The notes under the pieces are model-generated. The model ran no database searches. It was not told where the DNA came from and saw nothing but the letters and a program-made list of their open reading frames with translations. From assembly GCA_009602735.1 (NCBI GenBank), contig WELA01002990.1:1-64000 (forward strand): a DNA stretch of 64,000 bases, written 5' to 3'. The DNA comes from Mesotaenium endlicherianum (lineage: Eukaryota). The first letter of the stretch is position 1. Each line of letters starts with the position of its first letter. Below, in pieces: positions 1 through 11,069 of this stretch. Made by a program: the position numbers and the translations under genes.

Positions 1-344
1 GAGAGGGCATGTACCCTTGGCTCATGTCATGCAACATCCTTCTGGGATGCCGGTATATGTACCTGTCAGTTTGAGGGTGGCCCAGGAGAAGGCTGCCTCC
101 CTTCAATTTCAGACTGTGCAGGAAAAAACAGCCCTGTTACTGCGTTCTTCGCCGGGCCCTTACACGGAACCCCCTTCTCTGACAGGCTTCAAAAGACCCC
201 AAGACAGGAGGAGGTCTGGCTCCCCTGAGCATAGGGCCTCAGGGACACCTCCCTCCTAAGGGCAGCAGGCTGGGGATAAGAGGGACAGCACGCTGTTATT
301 AGTGTTAGTGTTGTCGAGGCGACAACATGATAAGTTGGAGGGAT

Positions 345-1064
345 TGTAATGAATCGATATACTGGTCGATATAATATTCATTTAAATAATATAGTCAAAT
401 AAGTTCAGCCTGCTGAACTCTAGTTAACAATCAGTCTGCTGGACTTTTTACTTAATATCAGTTTAATGACTTGGCCGAAAGTAGCAGGCTGAGGTAACCT
501 TAAGTCAGCTTGCTGACACATTCTTTGACAGCCAGCTGACTTCCGTACTCGGTAGCAACGAACTGCCTTGATATGCATCTAAGTGTGATATGCTAGATGA
601 ATGGCCAGATGACATCCCTATGATGGATGGCTATTCGGGATGATGGGAGATGGCGGTGGATTTGGTTAACCGAGGTCCTACCAACGTGGTTAACTCCCGG
701 GTAGGCGGTGCCATCGCACTGACCGTTGAACAGTAAACTCATTCCATGTACATATGCTAGGCATTGCTCTCGAGTTCGGCATTCGGAAACGAGGCCAACT
801 CTCTTGTACAGCTTACTGAGAGAGATCTGAATCCAAGGCGAGAAGCCATTGATACGCACTGTCTTCTAACCTTGCTTATGTATGAGTTTACTGATTTGCA
901 TCATTGATGTTAGTTTACTCGCAATTGACTTACGAGTATTATTCCCTGCTAGTGTATTGTCCTTTGCCGTTTAACTAGTTAACGGAAATACCATAAAGAT
1001 TACTTGCTGATATAAAGATCTTTATTAATTGTTAATCGCCTATTTGGTAAGTCGATTCATTTTA
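345..1064 (+). mobile_element. Probable 3' LTR (~720 bp) of an older Ty3/Gypsy element whose body lies left of or at the window start
   Basis: Purine tract GGAGGGA immediately before TGTAATGAATCGA at 345. A degenerate inverted terminus TCGATTCATTTTA lies at 1052-1064 (perfect would be TCGATTCATTACA). Interior is AT-rich and non-coding. The partner LTR is not in the window. Confidence 0.55.
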
Positions 1065-1070
1065 GTGTGG

Positions 1071-1295
1071 CACCCTGTGCTGTATGAGTCTATGAGATTC
1101 AACCCATCTGAAATTAACTATTCTGTGCATGATAAAGAGCTGCTTGCTATCATTCCTGTGCTCAAACAGTGGAGAGCATACTTACATGGTAAAGCTTTTT
1201 AGGTGATTACAGATCATCTAGGTCTGACTCACTTTCAGTAGAAGTCCAAGGTGTTGAGGAGGGAGAACCGCTAGAGCCAGATGCTGGAGCAGTTC
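1071..1295 (+). pseudogene. Degenerate Ty3/Gypsy RNase H fragment
   Basis: Manual translation gives HPVLYESMRFNPSEINYSVHDKELLAIIPVLKQWRAYLHGKAF*VITDHLGL...RRENR*SQML. This matches Gypsy RNase H motifs (cf. [32 protein letters not shown]...TDH in the intact element). Three in-frame stops. Confidence 0.85.
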
Positions 1296-1777
1296 CAAGT
1301 CCTTCTTTTGAATCAGGCAATCTGAACACAAATTGCCAAACCTAGTTTGGAATACGTTGAAAGTTGAGTACATGGGTCTTGTTTATTATTTCTCTGCCTA
1401 CTTTCGTAATTTTACCTGTAACATGGTTTTGACAAACGGGAAGGTGAATTCCATGTATACGGCGTCGTTTCTGTTTTTGAACGCGAACATCAGCTTCAGC
1501 GTCAGATTACAATGTTAAGGTCGCTTGTCAAATCGAAGGCGTATGTTGAATGCTGTCGACTTTTTCGAGAATCTTATATACACCTAATATACAGCGGAAA
1601 TATCCCGTACCATTTGTGGCCTGTCCCTTGAAAGGAACCAAGTGCAAAACCGTGAAGAGGCAATTGCGACATTTGCTTTGTCGAAAGAGAAGTAGCGCAC
1701 TTGCCTCTTGCAGTCGGGCGGCTCCTAGCGACCGTAACAAGAGCTTCGAGAGCAGAAGTTGTTCTTTATCGGCAGCC

Positions 1778-2218
1778 ATGACGACCCGCTTGAAGAAGAA
1801 CCGTAAGAAGCGTGGTCATGTCTCTGCCGGGCATGGTCGCGTCGGTAAGCGTAGGAAGCATCCTGGAGGTTGCGGTAACGGTGGAGGTCAGCATCACCAC
1901 AGGATAATGATGGATAAGTACCATCTTGGTTTCTTTGGAAAGGTCGGTATGAGATTTTTCCACAAGACTATGAATTAGTTCCACCGCCCGATTGTGAACC
2001 TCAATAAGCTTTCGTCTCTCTTGCCTGAGGAGGTGAAAGGAAAGGTGTCAGGAGAGGGGGCTGCACCAGTGCTAGATGTCACCAAGTATAGTTACTTCAA
2101 CATCTTAGGAAAGGGCCAAGTCCCAGAGCAGCCCTTGGTGGTGAAGGCCAAGTTCTTCAGCAAGTTGGCTATGAAGAAGATTAAGGAAGCAGGTGGTGCA
2201 ATTGTATTGACAGCTTAG
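1778..2218 (+). pseudogene. RPL27a: 60S ribosomal protein L27a (uL15) pseudogene, intronless
   Basis: ATG 1778 [24 protein letters not shown]... to ...[13 protein letters not shown] 2218, one frame of 147 codons. Internal TAG at 1976-1978. Substitutions at normally conserved sites ([11 protein letters not shown] vs GKHRKHPGGRG; YHLG vs YHPG). Confidence 0.92.
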
Positions 2219-3559
2219 GCGGGCTTTTGTACAGAACATTGACATCCCTTTATCAGTGGTTGGAAAGAGGTTGAAGGACGCAGTTGGTGCCCCTCTTTTT
2301 ATCTTCAATGAGGCATCTCTGGATCGTCAATAGAGCACAACAATTGAATTATCTGCTCCTCATGTTACAAGAACCTTATAAGCGGCAAGTGTTCCTTTCT
2401 CAATTAAACATTTCCATGCTCCACACCGGCATTATGCCATATGTTGCCATTTGCACTCGAAGTTGCTTAATGGGGACAGGTTGGCCTGTGACTGTAATTA
2501 AGTGCTACATGTTTATCATGATGCATTTGCCCTTCAACTAGATCCTAGTGCAAGACAAACTTTTAAATTTACACTTAAGACTTGGCCCACGTTCCTTGTC
2601 ATAACTACCCGTCCTTCATGTTGCCTGGGAAGAGGTTTGTGATACTTGTGAACTCTGTACAGTCTGACCTTATAGTAGTGAATATGGGCGCGTAATCTCA
2701 AGTTTCTAGGCATGCAGATCTGAACGTATATCGGGACTTTTGTGGTAGCCCTTTGGGCTTGATCTAGACTTAATCCTCAGCCCTTCAAACCTCCTTGTAG
2801 TACCTTGTCTTTCTCTAGTTCTTTATACATACTTTATTTTGTTGTCACTCGTTAGCTTGTCTGGGCTTCACGCTTGAGATTGCAAAGTCGATAATTGTTT
2901 CTCAACCAAGCCCTTGACCTAATTTAGACGGAAGAAATCTGGTTCTTTTGCTGTATGATTTAGCATGCACCACTTGACATGGCTTCATGATGTTATGAAT
3001 TGCATCATTATCAGCTAAAATGTCATCTATACCTTCAAACTTGAGATAAGTGAATGCCCTTATGGAAACGTCTTATTCATAAGATGTATTGTGGTATTGT
3101 GATTTAGTTTGCAGCTTTTTGTGGCTCTGGGCTCACCTATGCAACAACTGTATCAACCTCTGGCTTCTTTAGTCACTGCGTCTTTGTTCAACTGCATTAT
3201 TGTTTTTGTCGGGATGAGAGATCTGCTTTCTTAACATGCTTGTATTATATGTCATCTCATCAAGAGTAGATTACTTTTTTGTTCTAGTATACAATAGCAA
3301 TCAGCTTCCATCAGGTTTCAATAGTTGTTCAACTTGCTTCAAAGTAGACCTTATATCTTCATTTTGATCAAGCAAAATTAGAAAAAGTTTAAATACACTG
3401 TTACATACCCATTATCTATTTGAGGGTGCGCTATGCATCATGTTTGCCATCGTCAATGCGGTATGATGCCTCTTTTTTGTCCCTTCAAAATGCTGAAAAC
3501 AGTGTGCCACATTTGATGGACAAGATTCTTCATGCAAAATCTGTTGACCTGACTTCAAA

Positions 3560-3810
3560 AGTCCAGAGTGTCCGCCACCACGGCACGCTCGCAGCATCTC
3601 GATGTCCCCCTGCGCACATGCCAATCCGCATGTGTGCGTCAAAGAGGAGATGGGGAAGCCTCCACTCATGCTCCAGATGTCAGATGCCACCTATGCCAGT
3701 AGAGGGCAGGGCTCTTGGTTATACAATATGCGACAGCTTGTTGCGCATAAACCTAGTGCTGCTGCAGCACTTCAGAGAGAATAAGTCTACTATTGCAAAA
3801 ATGTCCGCCT
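3560..3810 (+). repeat. Short dispersed repeat, diverged inverted copy at ~32155-32410
   Basis: Shared segments after reverse complement: cccctgcgcacatgccaatccgcatgtgtgc / ccccttgcacacatgccaatgccgcatgtgtgc, and cagcttgttgcgcataaacctagtgctgctgcag / cagcttgttgcacatcacctagtgttgttgcag. Boundaries approximate. Confidence 0.75.
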
Positions 3811-4039
3811 GTCCCCTGAAGGGAGTGACAGTATAGACAGGACGGCAAACCAGGGTCTTGCTCACGCTCTTGCGGCGAGAAGGCCTAAGTGTGGAAAAAC
3901 TTCCACGCTGCTGTTCCCCTCGGGGCGGCAACTAGGCATCGTGCCCAAGAGCCAGTCCAACTGGAACTCACCAGTGCCAGTTCACAGATTGGTGGCCATG
4001 TACTGCACTACATAGCACGAATGAACCCAACGAACACGC

Positions 4040-4997
4040 CAACTGCGACGGCCCGTCAGCAAAACACGGAGCCCAATGCTGCCCGCATCCGTGCGCCTAC
4101 GTCGCCCCCCGCCTGCGACCCCAGTAAGCCACGTGGCCCGAAGGACCACCTGTCAGTCATTTGCCACCCCCTGAAACCGTCACCTGCAAAGGTGCCCCCC
4201 TCACCTCCCCCCTCCCCATAAGGAAATAAAGCATCCAAATGAAAGACAAGCACAGGATTGGGCGTCAACCCCAGTTGAAACTGCGGAGACTCGAAAGCCA
4301 TGCCTTGAAGACTCAAGACCACACGCTGCGAAGCACGGCGCTGCACAAAACAATTCCCGTCGTGAAATGTCGGCCAGAAAACTCAAAGACACGAGCTCCA
4401 TACCTCTCGTGCCCTGGCGCAGAGGTGACAGATGCCAGCAACTCCCTGCAAGAGCACGCCTCTTCAGTGCGTGTGGGGAGACCAGCATTGCATGTCCACG
4501 TGCACGTGCAAGCAATAAGATAGCGATAAGGTATGCACAACTTGCACTGACGTCACTGCACGCAAGCATGCATGCATGCGTGCGTTCATACATCCATTGA
4601 TGCCAAGCAAATACGCACAAGAGGCGACGAGTGACTGACCTCGGCCCTGATCTGCAACGAGGCCGCCTGGCCAATGGCGTGTGCAGCCACCTGGCGACCT
4701 CTGGCGCATCCCCCCCGTCTGCAAAGAACAAGTAGCGCACCGCGTCCGGACACCTGGCACACACGTGAAGCACAGAGCCGGAGAGAGATATGAGCATGCC
4801 CGCATGCACATCTGAGTGCATGCACAAACATCTGGGCTTTCCGGAAGGAGGCAGTGTCTCCCCATGACGCTTTCAGAAAGCTCATAAGTGGGGGAGGCTT
4901 GGGGGCTAACAGAATGCGAACAAGCGCTCAAGCGCAATTAGGTGTTGCTGTGAGTGCTCACACGCTCACATGCATGCGAGCGCGCCCGCGCGCGCGC

Positions 4998-5037
<40 letters not shown>

Positions 5038-6675
5038 TTGTGCGTGCTTGAGTGCACGAGTGTGCGCGAGGTCTGCGTGTAAGCAGCTCAAAGCCCTCTC
5101 TGCCCACACCTAGTGCCAACACTTGTGCCCCAGCACGCATGCCAGCCCCAGCACAAGACACCTGTCTACAGTCGCAGCAGACAAACGCTCCCGGTGTGCA
5201 GCAAACTACCAATCTCCGCATGAAACCACCGTGAGATTTCTCGACTCAACATGCCCCAGCGACCCCGGGGGGCGGCATCTCCAGCCAGGCTGCTCTGCAG
5301 TGGGGCTGAGAAAGCATTTGCGCCACCAGCACGAAACTACCCCCCCCCCTCCCCCCCCCCCTCTCAGAAACCCATCACGCCACCAGCATGAAGATGCCTC
5401 GCCTTCCCAGAGATACTCACGACTCCAGCCGAGGAAGCAGATCAGAGCAGATAGTGCCAGATCCACCCCCTCCGGGCCCGGGAAGGTCCCGGCTAGAGGA
5501 GAAGAGAGCAGCAGAGGAGAGGGGGCAGCAGCCAGGAGGAGCTCCCCGGGCTGACTCTACTCGCCCCTCCTCCCGACCTGAACCCTTCAACCCTACACCC
5601 GGGACTGCCACACGTCCCGAGCTCTACGAATTTTACACCCTAATCCCGAAGTCTGAGCCCGGTCCTCTACGAGTGGCCACACGCCTGCCCGCTCAGCCGC
5701 GCCTGCTCCTGAGGGGAAAACTTAATTCTGCACCTTATGCCAAAACCTATTGCTGGCCTAGAGCTAAGTGCTGGCTGGACACACACCCTAAACCCTCAAC
5801 ACAAACCACCTTGAATTTTAGTCTGCTCTTTAGAAAGTGCGAGAGCGGTACCATTAAAAGGGACGCGTGCGTGCGATTGTGTGAGGTGCAAGGCAGGAGC
5901 AAGCGTGGCACCTGGGTGCAACAGAGGAACACCTGGAAGAAACAGAGAGCAGGCAAAAGAAGAGCACCTGCATGCAGCAGAGTTGCACCTGGCGGGCTTG
6001 GCAATGATTCTTCTCACTCTGTGCACGCCTTGTAGAGCTCGCACGCGGTCCCCATGCCCATGTCCCTCACCAGTCGAGACTTGCCCAGCACAGGGAGGCG
6101 CGCAAAGATAAAATCAGCACGCGAAACGCCTTCGTGGCGTCATTCGGCGCCCCCGTCGCTGTGACTGCCCCCTGCTCCTCCATCCTACGCCTCTCCAACC
6201 TCTGCTCCACGCTCTCCTTTTCTCTCCGTCTCCCTCCATTCCTCCCTCCCCTCCCTGTGACGTGCTTGCTCCTATTCACTGCCCGCCTCTGCTTGTCTCT
6301 GGCCCAGCTTTGCCGCGCGTTTCAGCGTCAAGTTGCTCCCTTCGCCCAGTCCCTATCTCTTTCAGTGTCTGTGTTGCCTTATTTTGGGGTCCCTAATCCT
6401 CTGTAGCTGTCATTCACTTTTCAATCTCTCTTTCTGTCTCCATTTGTCCCTCTGAATCCTTTGAGGCTGTCTCTGCGAGAGCCTCTAGATCTTCCTGACC
6501 TTCTCTATCCTTCCATATCTATCATCTTCAGCGTCCAGTCTGCCATATTGTCTCGGTATGACGCTGACTTGTTGCCGTCAGCGAGCTGGCGCTCTAGGAT
6601 CTCCCACTTGCCTGCTTCCAGCATGAGCATGACCAGATGCCTTCAAGTATACAGCCTACTACTCGAGGGGTGCTA
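4040..6675 (+). repeat. Unclassified ~2.7-kb dispersed repeat, copy A (inverted homolog at ~20421-23530)
   Basis: Collinear similarity to the reverse complement of 20421-23530 over most of its length, including a (TG)n tract and a poly-C tract. Both copies end at GAGGGGTGCTA. No recognisable protein domain. Confidence 0.85.
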
Positions 6676-7795
6676 GTATACGTTAAAACTGGGCTAAGCC
6701 CGGGTATGATGTAGGTAGCATAGTAGGAAACGCAACGTACTGCATGGCCAGACCTGGATGAAACGTTGTATGAAACTAGCTGAAGCAGACCAAAGAGCTG
6801 CAAAAAGCCACGAGAGCATCGCTGGATCAACTTTCGATTTTACAAGCTTATGCTATGTACGAAATGTTACGGTGGGCGTGCATCATGTTCGTCTAAGGGC
6901 AGAGTTTGTGCTAGACCTGCCGACATCTACGACCGTCTGTGACGATTTCTGACAATTCTGAAAGGTCTTTCTGAGGTAGATTATAGTGACGACGTTCGGC
7001 AATAACCGGCAAGGCGCTTAGAACGTGATAAGTGGCACGCAGTGGCGGTCGTAAGAGGACACCTAGGACAGGCGGGAGTGCAGGGCGAGCTGATCATGTT
7101 GCTTTAACTGGCTTTAATATATTTTCAGAATTGCTCGGATTTGCTCACAAAGGCTGCTCGAAGGTGCTCAAGGGTGCTCGTGAGGACGCTCGATGGCAGT
7201 CGAGGGTCCATTAAATTGCTGGTCCATTTAGGCGTGAATTTTGAATGCGCTGAGCTGCATGCAGGCACCAATGCCCACAGTACACATCACCACTTCGTCT
7301 TGCAGTGTCCTGGAGAGCCCGCGTGTTGAATGCCCAGCTTTGTATACGATCAGAAAGCCAGACTACAGCTTTCTTTTGACAATCACTGTTGGAAGAATAC
7401 ATGGTAACTTTCGCCAGTGGACTATGCTGAGAACTCATCGACTACTTCAGAATTCCCGGCGACTTTTTGATTCACCCGCTACTCGCGTTCTCTTCATAGT
7501 TGGTATTTTTAATACACGATGAAACTCTCTCTTAGCTTGTTGCTGTTGTTGCAACTATGCTTGCACGCTACTGCTGATCATCAGCATATAGGGAAAGATG
7601 GCTTCTGTGGTGAGTAGATACTTGTTTTAGTTTGACGACTATTTATACGATGTGCAAATATGATGTTCCTTTATAAGAGATCCTCTGGAATGTCCCTTTG
7701 CCTCATCCGCATACGACCGAGTGAACATTGTGAAGATTAATCTGCTAGTCAGGCTCAGTTGTCCTTTGGTGGCGCCTGCAGATAACCCTTTGAAG

Positions 7796-10700
7796 ATGGC
7801 TACTGATGGTTCATCAGCTGCTGCCACAAAAAGTGGTAAGTCAAACGTTGTACTACAGAAGCTTTTGGTAAGTTACCCAGTGTGCAGTATTAGATAGTAT
7901 GGTAGAGTCAGGCTTGACAGAAACTGGGGGAAGGCTGGCTATCTCGCATTTTGGGTTCCCATAGCTATTGCTGAGCTTGTTACAGTCATCTAGTCGTGAG
8001 TGGAAAATAGTAGGTTCCTTTCCAGGTCTGTACTTAGGGTCTCTTATCATGTGGTTGTCTTTCACCACACTCTCACACAGGCACCCACACACACACGTGA
8101 TATGCTGTAAGAACTGATGGATTGCGCAATCAGACATTGTGAGCAAGAGCTTGTAGCCTGTACATCTAAGTAGCTAGCTGCTTTGGATGAGGGCTGCCAA
8201 GAAGTAATACTCGTCATGATTGCATCCTGTACACTTGCAGCCATTGGGGGAGCTTCAGAGCCCCCTCTGGGACCCTTGGCCTCAAAAATATTGCCCCACA
8301 TTTTGAACCTGTAAGATTTTTTCCCCCAGCTTGCACGTACCAGTTCTTCCTGTGGTGCTTCTGCTCCCTTTGTGGCACTCGGTTCAATTGGCATCAGTGT
8401 CTTATTGTGCATGTCACACACTTGACTTGGTTGCAAGATTGTGCTTTTGAATTTACCGTGCAGTCTGCACTTTCTCCAGGTTTGCGGAATAGAGCTCGAA
8501 TAGCATCTGGCATTCTTTATACTTGGAAGTGCGTTAGAGTCGCAATTGAAGGAGCCATGCGTAAGCATTACAAACGAAACTATACCTGCCTGCTGACTGG
8601 CACTTATCACGTCTCAGTATTTGGCAACTGTCAGATACAGTCACCCACTTGAAATGCACATTATCGATGTGCAAGCAACTTGCGATCAACGTTCGGGCAA
8701 CTTGTGATCAGTCAATCTTAAATTGCAGATACAACCTGAAAGCCAGCCCTGCCGACTTTGAGGTGTATGCTCCCAAGGCCACGTTTGAGGACCCTCTCAT
8801 GAAAGCCAGCGGGTAACTTTTCCGCTTCCTATTCTGGCCTCCTCGTTTTTCTTTTACTATTTTCCCACCTGCCATACCTCGTACATACTGTGCTCTCAAC
8901 TAGCTCTTCTCCCTTATTGTTGCATACCAGGCAAATATGCTTGTCCACAAAATGATGGAGAGGGGAGAGGGCAGGTTGTCAGCAGGCTGTTGGTGGGCTG
9001 TTGGCAGGGAAAGTGGGCGGAGTCAGTGAGTGAGAGAAAAGAGGGAGACGGGGGGGCCGTTTGCCCCTGGAGGCATTCTTCCCCGACTTGGCCTTGATTA
9101 ACTCAAACATCAGCAAGCCACCATGTGGGAAGTGCTCCTCTTAAGATCGTCCGGGCGTCAGACCGTTGAAGTTTGTCAACAACAACAATGCAAGGGCTGT
9201 GTGAGCTCACTTTATGTGTGTTGACGCGAGCAGTCCCGCTGCGGAACTGTGAATATCTTGCTTGCGTAATAACCTCCCTTGTCAAGGCGTCGGGATGAGA
9301 GGTCCATCCGCTGTTTGAGCTGCCCTTCATGCAGGCCAGGAAGGTATCAGGAGAGCTGTGGGTTGCGCTTAGCAACAGAGAGGCAGGCTGCTTGCAGGAA
9401 GACAGAGCAGAGGGAAGTTTGGGGAGGGGGGGGAGGTTTGAGATCTATAAGGTTGTGATCCCCCCCACTGGGAAGGCGGGGAGCCTAGAGAGGCCCATGT
9501 TATTAAGAGGCTCGGCTCATGGCCTTGCGTGCTGCCAGTGCCAGTGAGGGCTCTTCCCCTAGAACCATGTCTCATCTTGTGTTCGGCCGATTGCGGTGAT
9601 TGTTGTGGCAATTGTTGTGGCAAGCAGTGTCAAGGAGATCAAGTCGGCGTTCTACTCGCTGGAGAAGGTATGCGTGTTCTCAGCTTGCTCATTCGTCAAC
9701 GTTGGATTGACCCCCCTCCATGTGTCGCGCTCATGTCTTCGCGTGTCGGGATTTCGTCGCAGAGGACTTGTCCTCCTATAAATGAAAGCACCAACTGTGT
9801 GTCCGGCAGCCCTGCAGCTGTTCTTCGTTTGCAAGTGTTGCCGAGCGCTGCCCGTTCCCTTTTCCATGCGGCACTCTTTGTGCCTTTATCAAACTTTGTC
9901 GACTTGCCTGCACCTTTGAGCATTGTATCTGCAGCTCGAGCCTGTGCACAGATGCTTTGCAGGAGTGTGGCTAGCCCACCTGTTCTGCAAAAGATTTGAA
10001 CTCTGAGAACTGCTTGCCACCAAGTCCAAGGAAACGGGAGAGCCCCGCAGTCCCTTCTCCAGGCACATGTGAGAAATGTATCAAATATTTTTGAACTGGT
10101 TGTCACTGTGGCTGAAGCGTTGACGTCTGTGGGTGCAGCTGTTCAGGGAGTCCAGGGTCGTGGACTACTCGGTGGAGGAAACAGAAACCTCCCCCGGCAG
10201 CGGCGAGGTACGCTTTGGTGCATCCGCTGGAGCATGCATTTGTTTTCAAATTGTGTGTGCGTGAAGTCGTATACATTTATGTATGTATGCGCATGTTTGG
10301 GGGATGGATGTGGGTAGTTGCAGCGTAGCAAGTGTTGTGTGCTACACCGTTGCGGAGCCTCTATTGTGTGCCGTACCAACTTCGGAGGTGTCTCGCTCAG
10401 TTACAACGGTCGTTGCATGTTATCGCTGATCCCCATGATGTGGAACAGATGGACTTGCAGGATGATGCAGTCGTACGATTTCGACAATAGGTGCATCACT
10501 TTGGTTGCGCGCGCGCTTGCGCGCGCGCGCGCATGACCAGCCGAGTAACATTCCTCGCTGCGTTTGCGGTGGAGGCTGCGTGTGGCCAGATTCGAGTGGA
10601 CAACACACAGCACTACAACTTCTTCGGACGCTCGTTCGACATGGTGTCCCTCATCAAGCTTCAGGTAGGTATCCGGTCGCCGCATCCTTGCACTCATGCC

Positions 10701-11069
10701 AAGTGCGCGACGTGAACTTTCCTTTTCTTTGCTGGTTGGCTTCTTTCTGATGGGGGGTGCTGCTTATATTATTGTGACTATGGGGACACTGACGTTGTTC
10801 TGCGATGTTGATATGTGCAGGTGGAGAATGGGAAGGTGATTGAACACGTGGACATGTAAGCCTCCTGAGCCCTTCATCACTTTTGTGTTGGCAGAACGCC
10901 ACGGTGATAAGAAGTACATGATTGTGACTCATGTTGCATGTGCGTGCGCAGGTGGAAGAAAAATCCCATCTCAAAGGCTACTTTCCCTCTGCGAAAAGCC
11001 AACATGGCCTTAACCCACCTGCTGATGGGCTTTGGGAAAGACCCCAAGCCTTCAGCATCCTCACAATAG
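7796..11069 (+). CDS. NTF2/SnoaL-like family protein (plant type), 8 coding exons, ~176 aa
   Basis: Exons 7796-7835, 8241-8310, 8729-8812, 9628-9667, 10139-10207, 10590-10664, 10821-10855, 10952-11069. All GT-AG with consistent phases (531 nt). Product ...KILPHILNLYNLKASPADFEVYAPKATFEDPLMKASGVKEIKSAFYSLEKLFRESRVVDYSVEE...IRVDNTQHYNFFGRSFDMVSLIKLQVENGKVIEHVDMW...THLLMGFGKDP, recognised as a conserved plant NTF2-family protein (FEDP motif). The true start may lie further upstream (in-frame exon candidate ~7585-7609). Confidence 0.88.

Noticed and set aside
1550..1777. N-terminal extension on the RPL27a ORF
   Set aside because: The recognisable protein begins at ATG 1778 in GCAGCCATG context. 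Upstream is UTR or promoter-like.
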